Shown here: piece by piece, positions 1 through 13,029 of the stretch | Layout: each line of letters begins with the position of its first letter | How positions within the stretch are numbered: the stretch's first letter is position 1 | NCBI RefSeq assembly: GCF_963921235.1 | Contig: NC_086101.1 | Coordinates: 6,140,001-6,204,000, forward strand | Source: Mobula hypostoma | Taxonomy: Eukaryota | Reading direction: 5' to 3' | Length of the DNA stretch: 64,000 bases | Notes under the pieces: generated by a model | Told to the model about the DNA's origin: nothing | Database searches by the model: none | The model's input: only the letters and a program-made list of their open reading frames with translations | Program-made: the position numbers and the translations under genes

Positions 1-323
1 TTACAACTTCTTTTCAAACTCTGTTGCCCACGATCTTTTCACGAAGAAACAGAGAAAACTGGAATCAACTGCACAGCCCGTGGAGTTGAAGAAATTGTCA
101 GATACACGCTGGGCATGGCAGTATACAGCTTTGTGGGCTACAGGGAAATCACTCCCTGCCATTCTAGCTACACTACAGGATATTATGGGTCAACCAAATG
201 CACTGAAGAAAACGGAGGCCAGAGTTGTAAATGGACTGATTGACGAGCAGTTTGCTTTACTTCTCACTCTGTCTGAGGATTTATTCTGAGTCACCAAGTT
301 CATGTCAGACTAGCTACAATCTC

Positions 324-538
324 AAAGCAGCACTCACAACGCACAGGAGGAACTCAGCAGGTCAGGCAGCATCCATGGAAACGATGAGTTGACGTTTCGG
401 GCCGGAACCCTTCGTCAGGACATGGTTCCGGCCTGAAACATCGACTCATTGTTTCCACGGATGCTGCCCGACCTGCTGAGTTCCTCCAGCACGTTGTGAG
501 TGTTGCTTTGACCCCAGCATCTGCAGAGTATTTTGTAT
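324..538. mobile_element. Penelope-like fold-back insertion with hammerhead motif
   Basis: Arms of ~90 bp are mutual reverse complements around ~420. Minus strand reads CTGACGA-AGGGTTCCGGCCC-GAAACGTC. Absent from the paralogous site near 19625-19640. Confidence 0.75.
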
Positions 539-655
539 CTCCAGTCTCCCTGTTTGGAGCTTTCATTCGCTGTGGACTTGGCTCAGTCTGTTATCAATGC
601 ACTCTCAGCAAAACAGGGAGAGGAATCATGGAGTGAAATTCAGGCAAGAGCTAGG

Positions 656-1329
656 GACAATAGACAATAGGTGCAGGAGTAGGCCATTTGGCCCTTCAAG
701 CCAGTACCGCCATTCACTGTGATCATGGCTGATCACCCACAATCAGTACCCCGTTCCTGCCTTCTCCCCATATCCCTTGACTCCATTGTCTTTAAGAGCT
801 CTATCTAACTCTTTCTTGAAAGAATCCAGAGAATTGGCCTCCACTGCCTTCTGAGGCAGAGCATTCCACAGATCCACAACTCTCTGTGTTAAAACGTTTT
901 TCCTCAACTAGGTTCTAAATGGTCTACCCCTTATTCTTAAACTTTGGCCTCTGGTTCTGGACTCCCACAACATCAGGAACATGTTTCCTGCCTCTAGTGT
1001 GTCCAATCCCTTAATAATCTTACATGTTTCAATCAGATCCCCTCTCATCCTTCTAAATTCCAGTGTACACAAGCCCAGTCGCTCCAATCTTTCAACATAT
1101 GACAGTCCCGCCATCCCGGGAATTAACCTCATCAACCTACGCTGCACTTCCTCAATAGCAAGAATGTCCTTCCTCAAATTTGGAGACCAAAACTGCACAC
1201 AATACTCCAGGTGTGGTCTCACCAGGGCCCTGTACAACTGCAGAAGGACCTCTTTGCTCCTATACTCAACTCCCCTTGCTATGAAGGCCAATATATCATT
1301 AGCTTTCTTTACTGCCTGCTGTACCTGCA
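656..1329 (-). mobile_element. CR1 LINE 3' fragment nested in the hAT
   Basis: ORF 908-1447 has the CR1 C-terminal motif LYRALVRPHLEYCVQFWSP; (TCTATTG)n tail at 656-670. Confidence 0.9.
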
Positions 1330-1673
1330 GTGACCTGTGCGTCAAGGCCGGTATACAGAGCAGACCACATGAAAGGAGACAGGCCAAGCCACTCTGATGC
1401 CTACATGACTTTGTTGTTGAGGCCCAAGCCGAAAACACACCTGTCACATCCTCTGATGACCATCACAAGCACTGTTTCTATCCGGTTACAGACAGACTTC
1501 TGATTGAAATGAAAAGACGGTTCTCAATAGAGACTGGGAGTGTTCTGACTGGAGTCTCAGCATTGAGTCCCAAAGACAAGCTCTTCCTAGAAAAGAATTG
1601 TCTTTGGCCAATGGCCCAATACTATGGAGTGACTGAAGTGAACCTGACTGCAGAGCAACATCAGGTTCGGTGT

Positions 1674-2037
1674 CCACAAGACAAAGGAGCAGAAGTCGGC
1701 CATTCAGCCCATTGAGTCTTCTCCGCCATTTTATCATGAGCTGATCCATTCTCCCATTTAGACCCACTCCCCTGCCTTCTCACCATAACCTTTGATGCCC
1801 TGGCTACTCAGATACCTATCAATCTCTGCCTTAAATACACCCGATAACTTGGCCTCCACTGCTGCCCATGGCAGCAAATTCCATAGATTCACCACCCTCT
1901 GACTAAAAAATTTCTTCGCATTTCTGTTCTGAATGGGTGCCCTTCAATCCTTAAGTCATGCCCTCTCGTACTAGACTCCCCCATCATGGGAAACAACTTT
2001 GCCACATCCACTCTGTCCATGCCTTTCAACATTCGAA
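1674..2037 (-). mobile_element. CR1 3' fragment, specific to the TRIM-A copy
   Basis: CR1 3' end/UTR-like sequence interrupts the hAT; absent from the inverted paralog near 18520-18540. Confidence 0.75.
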
Positions 2038-3176
2038 ACAAAACAAAAGCAAGGACAGACAGTGAATGACACAGTGGAATTTTTAAGCTCCAATGAGACC
2101 CTACCGCGATGCATTTATAGATTTATACAAACTAATATGCATATCACTGACTCTACCTGTGACATCTCCTTCATGAGTTTCTCTTGCCTCAGACACCTCA
2201 GAAACTACCGAAGGAATAGCAGCGGCGATGCTTGGAGCAGCAACTTGGCCCTGTTGGCCATAAACAGCCGGAGGACCAAAGCACTTGAAAATCACTGATG
2301 CTTTCGCCACCAATCACAACAACAGACAGATTGTGCTTCTCTGAAAACATCAATGGTGAGTGCAGTTGATTCTTTTTTTAAATTTGGGCAGAGACTAATG
2401 CTGATTATTATTATTATTTTGTGGTGGATACCCCATAGTCCTTATGTTTCCTGCAAATCCTAAAATATTACATTTACTGCTATTAAGCCTACTGCTTTTG
2501 CTTAGACTTCCAAGCAGTTGTTCTGTTGATTTTTGTTTTAAATTCAGTAGCCGAATTAATTGAGGTATTGCATGGTCAGATTATGATTTGTCCAACTCCT
2601 GGTAAAGCCTTGCATCAGTTGTTTGCCTTATTTGACTTTAATAACGGTGTATCTTTTGGCATTGTCTGTCTATGTAATGCGAATAGCAGTGGACACTGGG
2701 TTAGTGTTGTGTTTTTCAGTTGAGAAGCATGCATTTGACACTGATTGCGGGATTGGTGCGTGATTCATGTTGTGCGCTGTGGGTTGGATGCTCTGTTTGT
2801 TTGTTTGTTTGTTTATGCTCTGTGTAGCCCGGGTTGTCTCCAATGCTGTTGACACTGTCACAGTTCACTTCTATATTAGATCTATCAATTGCTGTTGCTT
2901 GTGAATCAACAGAGGCACATAATGCTTGAAACTGACTTCTGAACGCCACGCGTCTGGCCTTGTGAATACATATTACCATCGGGTACATCCCTCAGCACCA
3001 TCACTGAATAATTCAGCCCCACTGTAGCACCAGGAAGAAAAAATCTCTGGCGCCACCAAGTGGACAATAAAGATGCAGTGCCGATTCGGGACAGTTTATT
3101 ATCAAAGTCACCAGAGGTTAAAAAATAAATATGCAATGAAAAACACATCAGGTGTTCAAAATCAGCTTGTTTTTAC

Positions 3177-3587
3177 CTTATAGACTGCAACAGCTTCTTT
3201 AATCGGCAGGAAGCGGTGGTCTCTGTGTTCCCGTGCATCTCTACAGATCAGACAGATCAGTGTCTTGTCCGTTTCACAAAACAGCTTCAGTTCTTCCTCG
3301 TGTTCCTCGCAGTGAAGTTTGCTTTCCTTCTCTTTCGGATTCAGGTTTAGTTTTCGAGCTTTCTCAGACAGATTTGCCAAGGCCCGATTGGCCCTAAGGG
3401 TGCGGTCTGCAAACTCCTCTCTGCATTCCGGGCAGGAGTTTCTCTCCTCCCTTTCCCAACTCCGTGTGATGCAGGAGCGGCAGAAGTTGTGTCCGCAGTC
3501 CAGTATAACCGGATCGGTGAAGAAATCCAGGCAGATGGGACAAATCGCCTCTTCGGTCAAACTCTCGACCTGTCCTTTCGAAGCCAT
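3177..3587 (-). CDS. TRIM-A exon 1 (RING + B-box2); downstream exons lie left of the window
   Basis: [39 protein letters not shown]...CPEC (C3HC4 RING) and [32 protein letters not shown] (B-box). Phase-0 donor AAG|GTAAAA at 3177/3176; 411 nt, open. Confidence 0.9.
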
Positions 3588-5689
3588 GTTAACTCCCGGT
3601 ACTTCCGGGTGCAGGATCGTTTCACGTTCGTGGAGCTGCGGAACCGCTGCAGTACCGCGATTGTCCACTAGACGCGCTGCAGTATCCCGGAACGAAGATC
3701 ACGTTGTTAAGGGCATTCAGTGGAAAAGCATCGCAGCCATTTCTACATCCTGATAGGATGAGTAACACTTTAAACGGATCGGAACACAGAACGAAAACTC
3801 GGCCATGGACAGTGTCAAGCCCAGCTTCGAAAGGAGGAAGGTTGCGCATGGGGCTAGCAATCCCATTCATTAAAACGCATTCCGACAAAAACGTCAACTA
3901 AATTTCCAAAGGCCCCGTCCCTGGAATAGGAAGGACCTTCCCCTTAAGGACGATTGAATTCGTGTTGCGGATCAACCTTCGGCCCAGGACGGAGGCCTCT
4001 GGCGAGCTGCTGTTGGCAGCCGGTGCCACAGTGGGCGTGATGAGTATAAGAAGAAGCAGAACATAAATCAAGCCGGAGAGAAGAGCCTGGTTCCGTCTAT
4101 TGTAGTATTGAAAGGGAAGGGTTCTGAACAGAGAAACATTAGAGACTGCAGATGCTGGAATCTCGAGCAAGAATCAAGATGTTGGAGAACTGAACGGGAC
4201 AGGCAGCATCTGTGGAGGGAAACGTGCAGTCGACTTTCCGGGTGAGATCCTTCATCTGGACTGTCTCATCCCGAAAGTCGATTGTCAGTTTCCTTTCACA
4301 GATGCAGCCTGACCCGTTGAGTAACTGCGGCAGCCCGTTTTTATTTCTATCGAGGTCTAGAGGGAGATACCGTGATATCTGTCAGCTACACGGAGGCTGC
4401 CCGAAGTTTTCCCGCCGTGGATCGGGGCAGCTGCCTCCTGAACCCGTCCCCAGTTGCTGGGAGACGGGAGCTGCACCGGAGCTGCTGCCGATGGATGTTT
4501 GGAACTCTCGCCGCTCCACTGTGCAATCCGGCAGGCTGAAGGCCAAGGGAGGACAGGGCGCAAAGGTAAAGTCGTGCTTTAGAAAATAAACGAGAGCAGG
4601 CGTGGTCGTTCAAACTCTCGCACCGGCACTGCCCTTCACTCAGAACAAGGCTGATCTTTGACCTCAGTTTAGGGCCACTTTCCTGCAACGTTTTCATCAT
4701 CGTCGAGCCCCTAAATTTGCCCTTTTGAATTTAGAAACCTTGTGGAGAAAATCCCAAAGATTCACCGCGCTCAGAGTGTGGAAATTTCTCCTCATCTCAG
4801 TCCTGATGCGAATTTTCAGTCTGTGACCCATCCAGGGGAAACATCATTCCTGCCTCTAACCTGTCAGTACCCTGTGGGACCGTGTCAGTGCCAGTGAAAC
4901 TCCCTCTTCTAATTACGAGACCGTCTCAGTCGGTGTAATCTCCCTGAGGGCACTGTGAAGGGCAAAGCTTTGAAGGAAAAGGGTCAAAGTTGAACCGGGA
5001 TAATCAAGGCATGATTTTGGACACAATGAGTTAATACCCTCTGAGGCCTTGTCTGTATCAGTCAGAGCACCTCATAGTCTTCTAATTCCAAGACAGTCCC
5101 AGTCAGTGTCATCTCTCTGAGGACACTTCCTCCCTCCCCCCCACCCCACCCGGCCAATCAAACTGGGAATCCTTTTCATTCCCTTCACCCCACAGGCTGA
5201 CTTTGGGAGGGAGACCAGACCTGTGCACAGTCTTCTATGTATGCTATCACCAGGACCCCAGATAACTTCAGAGGAGATCTTTATTCTTGTATTCAAACCT
5301 TCCTTCCTATTCAATGCTCTTCATTGAACATAGAACTCAAACACTGAACAGATACAACACATCCTTAACCATGAATTGAAGGGGCAGGTGTTGCAACAGT
5401 TTGAGCATCATACTAGGGGCCATGGAGCAAGCAGGACCACAAAGGGAGGAATGTGGGAGTGTTGTCTGACTGAGCCCAGCTGTGTGTGTTTCTGTATCAG
5501 AATCAGGTTTAATGTCACCAGCATATGCCATGAAATTTGTTGTTTTGTGACAGCAGGTCATTACAGTACACAGTAATAAAAAAACTATAAACTGCAATAA
5601 GTATATATAAAAATAAATTTAAAAACAGAGGGGGAAATACTGAGGAAATGTTCATGGGTTCATTGTCCATTCAGAAATCATTGTTGGCT

Positions 5690-6776
5690 GTTCCTGAAAC
5701 ATTGAGTGTGTCTTTAGGGTCCTGTACCACCTCCTTGATGGTAGCAAGGAGAAGAGGGCATGTCGTGGGTGATGGGGGTTCTTAATGACGGATGCCACAT
5801 TTCTCTGGCATCATCTTTTGAATGTGCCCTGGATGCTGTGGGGTCTAGTGCCCATGATAGAGATGGCTGAGGTTAGAACTTGCTGCAGCTTGTTCCAATG
5901 CTGAGCTGTGGCCGCTCAGTACCAGACAGTGATGTAACCAGTTAAAGCGCTCTCCACAGTACATCTGTAGAAATTTCTGGTGTCTTTAGTGACATACCAA
6001 TTCTCCTCAAACTCCTAATGAAATATGGCCGATATTGTACCTTCATTGCAACTGCATCAATACGTTGGGCCCAAGATAATTTTCTCAGAGATGTTGACAG
6101 TCAGGAACTGGAAACTGTTCACCCTTTTCACTTCTGATCCCACGATGAGGACTGGTGTGTGTTCCCTCGACTTCCCCTTCATGAAGTGCACAATCATATT
6201 CTTTGTCTTATGTTCAGTGCAAGGTTGTTTCTGCGACACCACTCAGCTTGGTGATCTACCTCACTCCTGTACTACTCACCATGATCTGAATTTCCAGCAA
6301 CAAATAGTCATGTCGTCAGCAAGTTTATAGATGTGCCTAGCAACACAGACGTGGTTGTAGCGAGAGTAGAGCAGAGGGTACCAGTGTTGATTGTCAGTGA
6401 GGAGGAGATGTTACTTCCAATCCACATGGACTGTGGTCTCCTGCTGAGGCAGCCAAGTTGCAGAGGGAGGCTTGCTGATTAGACTTGAGGGTATGATTGC
6501 GTTGAATGCTGAGCTGTAATCAATAAACAGCAGCCTCATGAGTGTATTGCTACTGTCCAGGTGATCTAAGGCCAAGTGTAGAGCCAGTGAGATTGTACCC
6601 ACTGTTGACATACTGTGGCGATCGGCAAACTGCAGTGGGTGCAGGAGTTGATTCCAACCATGACCAACCCTCAAAGCACCTCATGACAGTAGGTGTGAGT
6701 GCCAGTGGGCGACAGTCATTGAGGCAGCTCACTCTGATCTTTTTGGGCACTGGTATCATTGTCACCCTTTTGAAGC

Positions 6777-6778
<2 letters not shown>
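5690..6778 (-). mobile_element. Rex1/Babar-like non-LTR retrotransposon remnant
   Basis: Translated fragments [38 protein letters not shown]...RLLFIDYSSAFNAIIP and KTKNMIVHF; frameshifted. Confidence 0.8.
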
Positions 6779-6779
<1 letters not shown>

Positions 6780-6816
<37 letters not shown>

Positions 6817-6822
6817 CGCGCG
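6780..6822. repeat. (TG)n/(CG)n microsatellite
   Basis: Direct reading: tgtgtg...tgtgcgcgcacgcgcg. Confidence 0.95.
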
Positions 6823-7339
6823 CTTGAAATGGACAGAGAATCTGCAACTTCTCAGTTCAACACAGGAATGTTTCCAGTAACCGTTGCTTGGAAAGAGGGG
6901 GCACAGTGATGGGGCGACCATTCAGATCAGAACAAAATGATTTACCCAGCAGGTGGTGAACCTTCAGAGCTCAGAGCACACTCTTGTGTTTGAGAGAGGC
7001 ATTTACAAATTTAAATTTACGAAGTAAATTTATTATCAAGTATATGTATGTCACCACATACATATACTTGTCACCCTAAGATTTGTCTTCTTGTGGGCAT
7101 ACTCAGTAATTCCAAGAACCAAATAGAATCAATAGACTGCGCCTAACAGGACAGACAAAAAAATGTGCAGAAGACAACAAGCTGTGCAAATACAGAAGAA
7201 GAAAAAATAAATATTAAGTAAATAAGTAATTCATATCGAGAACATGAGATGAAGAAAGGGAGTCCATTGGTTGTGGGAAGTTCAGTGATGGTATGAGTAA
7301 ATTTGAGTGAAGTTATCCCCTCTGTTTCCGGAGCCCAAT

Positions 7340-7985
7340 GATTCAGGGGTAACAACTGTTCCTGAACCTGGTGGTAGGAGTCCTGTGGCTTCTGGACCTT
7401 CTTCCTGATGGCAGCAGCAAATGAGAGCCTGTCCTGTGCGTTGTGGTCCGGAGGGCTTTAGCCATGATGGACTGGGCCATCCTCTACTTTTGGTAGGATT
7501 TTCCATTCAAGGGATTTACTGTTTCCATACCAGGCCACCATGCAATCACTGAGCATACTCTCCACCACACATCTGTCGCCGTTTGTTAAAGTTGAAGAAG
7601 TCATGCTGAATCTTCGCAAACTTTAAGGAAGTACAGACATGACTGAGCTTTCTTCGTAACTGCTCTTACATGTACGGCCCAGGACAGGTCCTCTGAAATG
7701 ATGACATAGAGGAATTTAATGTTGCTGACTCTTTCCACCTTTTCTCCCTGATGAGGACCTCCTGTTTCTTCCTCCTCAGGTCAATAATCAGCTCCTTGTT
7801 CTTCCTGACACTGAACGAGAGGTTGTGTTGTGACACCACTTGGCCACATTTTCAATCTCCCTCCCCTCCATGTGCTGATTCGTCACCACCTTTAATTCGA
7901 CCAACAGCAGTGGTGTTGTCAGCAAACTTAAATATGCCACTGGAGCTGTGCTTCGCCTCACAGTCAACAGTGGAAAGAGTGTAGA
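7340..7985 (-). mobile_element. Rex1-like LINE 3' remnant
   Basis: IFKFADNTTAVGRIKGGDESA (RT FADD-like region); paralogous to ~55275-55760. Confidence 0.7.
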
Positions 7986-9098
7986 GTGGGGAGGGGTGTC
8001 GTAGCAGACAGCTTTGTAGTGCCCGAACTGACTGGGCAGAGGTTTGGATGCGAAGAGGAATCAGTGGAAATGGCATCAGCACAGTGAAGTGGTGTTTTGG
8101 CTTATTTAGTGACACAGCAGGTGAGGGGCTGAATGGCCTCCTGGATTCTATTCCTGATGTTCTTCAGAGCTGTGGACCAACTGAACTGAGGGAGCATAGA
8201 AGGCACTAGTGAGTAAATAAGAGGTGTAGAGCAGGAGGGTGAAAAGGTGGGTAAATATAAATAAATGGTCAGCACAGGGATGATGGGCCTGTTCCTGCTT
8301 CTATTGCTTTTCCTTCTGTCCTGTGGTGAAATATAAATAACTGTCAGGCAAACAGCTTGCTCAGTGAGATGGGAAACTTAATGCAACATGACATTGGGAG
8401 GTGACGGATACACTGGGATCACTGACACGGGTGCAGGAAGACATCCTGACATCATCACCCCGTGCAGAGCTGTTGTGCAGTATGGTCCTGCTCTGCCTAA
8501 TTAGATACACAGAGACAGACAGCATGGACAGAACAGGAAAGAAATAGGATTTTCTGTTAGACTATTTGATAATTAGATAAATATGATTTCAGCAAGACTT
8601 CTGGTGAGGGGCTGAACAGCCTCCTCTTGCTGCTATTTCTGATGTTCAGAGCAGTGAACAGACTGAACTGAGGGAGGATAGAAGGGGTCGGGGAATGAAT
8701 AGAGGTGTAGAACAGGAGGATGGTCCCAAGTGAACAGACACCTGGCAAGTGAGCGGCTTTAAAACTGAGCTTGGAAGGATTCAGGATCAGCCTGTCCTTG
8801 TCAGAGTGAATGGCGAGACTGGAGGGATGAGGGAACCCCGGCTGACGAGGGTCATTGAGGCTCTGGTCAGGATGGAGTCGTAAGTCAGGGGAAAGCAGCT
8901 GGGACAGGTGAATCCCTCGAGGAGTAGAAGGGATGTAGGAGAAAACTGAAGAGAGAGAATCAGGAGGCCAAAAGGGGGACACTAGATAGCTTTGATCCAT
9001 AGCCTCGATCCCCTGCCTGTTCGTTTTCCTGTTTAAATGCCTCTTAACCATCACCATCAAATCTGCTTCCACCACTCCCTATCCCGGTCGCGCATTCC

Positions 9099-11165
9099 AT
9101 GTTATGGTCACTACCTCCTAATGCCTCCTTTACCTCAAGGTCCCTGATCAAATCCGGTTCATTGCACAACACTAGATCTAGAATTGCCTTCTCTCTGGTA
9201 GGCTCTAATACAAGCTGTTCTAAGAATCCATCTCTGAGGCATTCCACAAACTCCCTTTCTTGTGGTCCACTACCAACCTGATTTTCCCAGTCTACCTGCA
9301 TGTTAAAATCCCCCATAACAACCGTAGAATTATCTTTGTGACATACCAATTTTAACTCTTGATTCAACTTACACCCTGCATCCAGACTACTGTTTGGGGG
9401 CCTGTAGATAACTCCCATTAGGGTCTTTCTACCCTTAGAATTTCTCAGTTCTATCCATACTGACTCTACGTCTCCTGATTCTATGTCCCCCCTCGCAAGG
9501 GACTGAATATCATTCCTCACCAACAGAGTCACCCCACCCCCTCTGCCCATCAGTCTGTCTTTTCGATAGGACGTATGCCCTTGAATATTCATTTCCCAGG
9601 CCCTGTCCATGAAGCCATGTCTCTGTTATTCCCACAACATCATACTTACCAATTTCCAACTGTGCCTCAAGCCCATTCACTTTATTTCTTATACTCCGTG
9701 CATTCATGTACAATACTTTTAATTCATTATTCCCCTCACCTTTCATATCAATTCCTATTTCAGTTTGCCATACTGCATGATCCCTTCTTGAGCTTTCTGC
9801 GCTGTTGATTCTGCTGTCATTCTTAACTTTTCTTATTCTCACTTTCCCTTTATCTCCATCCTTATGTTTCCAGTTCGTCCCCTCTCCCCCCACTACTTAG
9901 TTTAAACACACCCGTGTTGCAGTGGCAAACCTACCTGCCAGAATGCTGGTCCCCTGCCTATTAGGGTGCAACCCGTCCCTTTTGTACAATTCATCCTTAC
10001 CACAAAACATACCCCAGTGGTCCAAGAATGTAAATCCTTGCTTCCTGCACCAGTTCCTCAGCCACACATTCAGATCCATTCTCCCTGTTCCTGCCCTCTC
10101 CAGCATGAGGAACTGGAAGCAAATTGGAGATAACCACCCTGGAAGTCCTGCTTTTCAGCCTTCTTCTGAGTTCTCTGAATTTGCTCTGTAGAATGTCTTT
10201 CCTCTTCTTCCCCACGTCATTTGTGCCGACATGCACCACCACTTCCGGATGTTCTCCTTCACCCTCGAGGATTCCCTGCACCCTGTCCGTGACATCCTGG
10301 ATCCTGGCACCAGAGAGGCAACACATCATCCTTAAATCTCGCCTGTTGCCACAGAAACCCCTTTCTGTACCCCTCACTATGGAGTCCCCTACTACCACGG
10401 CTCTGCCTGATGTCTGTCTCCTCGGCTTTGCTTCAGAGCCAATTTTCGACTCGCAGACCTGACCGCCTCTCAGGCTGGCAATGTCTTCTGTCCCAACAGC
10501 TTCCAAGAGGGTGAACCTGTTTACGAGAGGTACATCTCTTGGGGTCTCCGGTACTTCAAGCATCCTTTCCTTCCTCATCATCGCCCTCCTTCTCTCTTCC
10601 GGTATCCTCGGTGTAACGACCTCACTGTAGGTCCTGTCCAGAAAACTCTCGTTTTCCCGGATGAACCTGAGGTCATCCAGTTACCTCTCCAGTGCTGCAA
10701 CACGGTCCTTCAGAAGCTGAATCTGGACACATTTTCCACAGGTGTAGGAGCCAGAGGCACCACGCACACAGCACACTGAATCAGCCTAGCGGTCATTCCT
10801 TCACTACTTCTCCCCCTCTCCAACTGTGGCCAACTGTCAAGACTGCCAGAATCTCTCGAGCCAAAGCCTCAAAGCTCCACTCACTCACTGGCCGCTTCGC
10901 TTGAGCTACCCCTCTATTTATCTGTTTGAGCTTTTGAAAATGCTTGGTCACTTGACCTCGATTGCCCAATCAGCTGCTTTCTGCTGAGTCTGAGCTATTC
11001 AAATCTTGAATGTCTAATCAACGGCTTTCTGCTGATCTATTCAAATCTTGTTTGACTTGATTGCACAGACCAACTGCCAAAACTGCCAGAATCTCTCGAG
11101 TCAAAGCCTCAAAGCCTCAAAGCTCCACTCACTCACTGGCCGCTTTCCACAGGTCGCTTTTCGCT
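9099..11165 (-). mobile_element. CR1 LINE 5' half (5'UTR, SGNH-esterase ORF1, ORF2 endonuclease), 3'-truncated
   Basis: ORF1 motifs VVVGDSIVRG...VVVHVGTND; APE motifs YMNARSI, GITETWL, YRPPN, MGDFN, GSDH. The 5'UTR has a ~70-bp direct repeat (10831-10900 / 11071-11145). Confidence 0.88.
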
Positions 11166-13029
11166 TTGATGAAGTGTCTCAGACTGAAATGTCAATTGTT
11201 TATTCCCCTCCATAAATGCTGATTTCCTGCAGCACTTTGTGTGTGTTGTTCAGGATTCATAACATCTGCAGAATTTCAAACTGGCAGAATGACAGAGGGA
11301 TTTGAAAGAAGGCCTCCTCCAATAAATGTCTGGGCAAGGGATGAAACGCTTCTCTCAGTTTCTTACAACGTGCCAGCCAGACTGAGTAGCAAGGAACGAG
11401 CCTGCAAAGGCCATTAACGTTGTTTATGGCCAAGGATTCATCTTTTCAACCTCATTTCGATACCTCATATGTTCCACTCACAATCTGAGAGGTCACTGTT
11501 GGGTCCCAGTGCAGCTGTGCACATACCTACAGATATTTTCTTTCAATTTCCTCTTACGTTCGAGGTTGGAAGGTCTGCTCCCTCACAGGACTCTCTCCGT
11601 CCAGTTACGATGATGAACTGGGTTGATAGAAAACGTGGGCATTGAAGAAGAGTAACACACACACAAAATACAGGGGGAATTCAGCAGGTCAGGCAGCATC
11701 CATGGAGAGGAATAAAGAGTCGACATTTCGAGCTGAGACATTTAAGATTTTTTTTCAGGTTCAGCTTGAGATTTGTTTATCACATGTACAAGGCAACGTA
11801 CAGTGGTATGCATTGTTTGTATTAACAACCAACATAACCTAACGATGTGCTGGGGGCCGCCCACGAGTGTCACCACACATTCCAGCACCAACATAACATA
11901 TCTAAATGTTTAGCAAAACAACACAGAACATGAACAATACAGAACACAAGAGACAACAAAACAACAGGAAAATAAAGCCCCCTGCCTCCTTCCCGTCCAC
12001 CCACACCCACACATGGTAATCCTACAACTCCAGGACAGGCCTTTGGGCCTCCAGTCCCAGGATTTGACCATCCAGTGTCAACTTCCGGACTGCCCAAAGA
12101 CCTTTGGGCTTTGAACTGCAGTATCAAGTCTCAGACTAATTGATGATGGGCAGCTGATTTGATGTCATCTGCAAACTTACTAATCAGGCGATCTGCATTC
12201 TCACCCTATTCATTAATATATAGCACATGACTAACAACAGTGGCCCTGAACAGATCCTTGTACAGGATTCACAGGTCACAGGCTTCCAATCTGAAAAAAC
12301 AAACCTCCACTACCACTCTCTGACTTCTCCCAACGAGCTGATTTTAGAACATAGAATGATTTTAGTACCCGGGGGTGGGGGGGAGGTGACGGTAGCATGG
12401 TGGTTAGTGTTAATGCTTTACAATGCCAGTGACCTGGGTTCAATTCCTGCCACTGTCTGTAAGGAGTTACAACCATTGTCACTCTCCTCAGTACTGAACT
12501 GACTCTGTGGCTACGGCCTGTGGCCAAGGGCTCCTGGACCAGTTTCCCCCACCTCAGTCAATGTGCCAGTGAATCGTGACCACAGCTGAAATTGATCCTC
12601 AGTCTCTGAAAATTGAGCAAGGAATCCTGAATGGTTTGACAGACAAAGCAAGTGGGGATTTCAGGTATTGATTGTACTTCCAGACTGGAATTTCAGCTAT
12701 TTTCAAATTACATTCCTCCAGTGCTGGGTCCTTGCTCATTCATAGCTTCCATCGCTCCACCACTGGCATTCCTACTCTCAGGTTTTGATTAGATCTCAGA
12801 TCTTAGAATTAGATCTCCTAACCACACTGTTTCTACATCCTCCTGAAACCCATTCTCTTTATCTCTGAGCATCTGAAGAACTGTATCAGTCGGTCCCTCC
12901 TGTAACTGAGTATGTGTTTGTGGTCTTCTGCTGCTGTGACCCACCCACTTCAAGGTTTGATGCGTTCTGTGTTCAGAGATGCTCTTCTGCCCATGTGTCA
13001 CCTGTTCTAACACATGGTTATTTTAATTA

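Larger units (their letters stand above)
1..3062 (+). mobile_element. ZMYM1-like hAT DNA transposon, degenerate 3' part, in intron 1 of TRIM-A
   Basis: Fragments ELKKLSDTRWAWQY...LLLTL and a hATC-like tail (SFSCLRHLRNYRRNS...LALLAINS). Terminal ...GGCGCCACCAAGTG is followed by GACAATAA (3063-3070), the reverse complement of the TSD seen in the TRIM-B copy. Inverted copy of ~17220-19950. Confidence 0.85.

Noticed and set aside
3319..3753. Antisense ORFs over TRIM exon 1 and over CR1 RT regions
   Set aside because: Shadow frames of real coding sequence.
11280..11640. Possible unannotated exon in non-repeat-looking sequence
   Set aside because: No ORF or motif I can recognise; needs a homology search.
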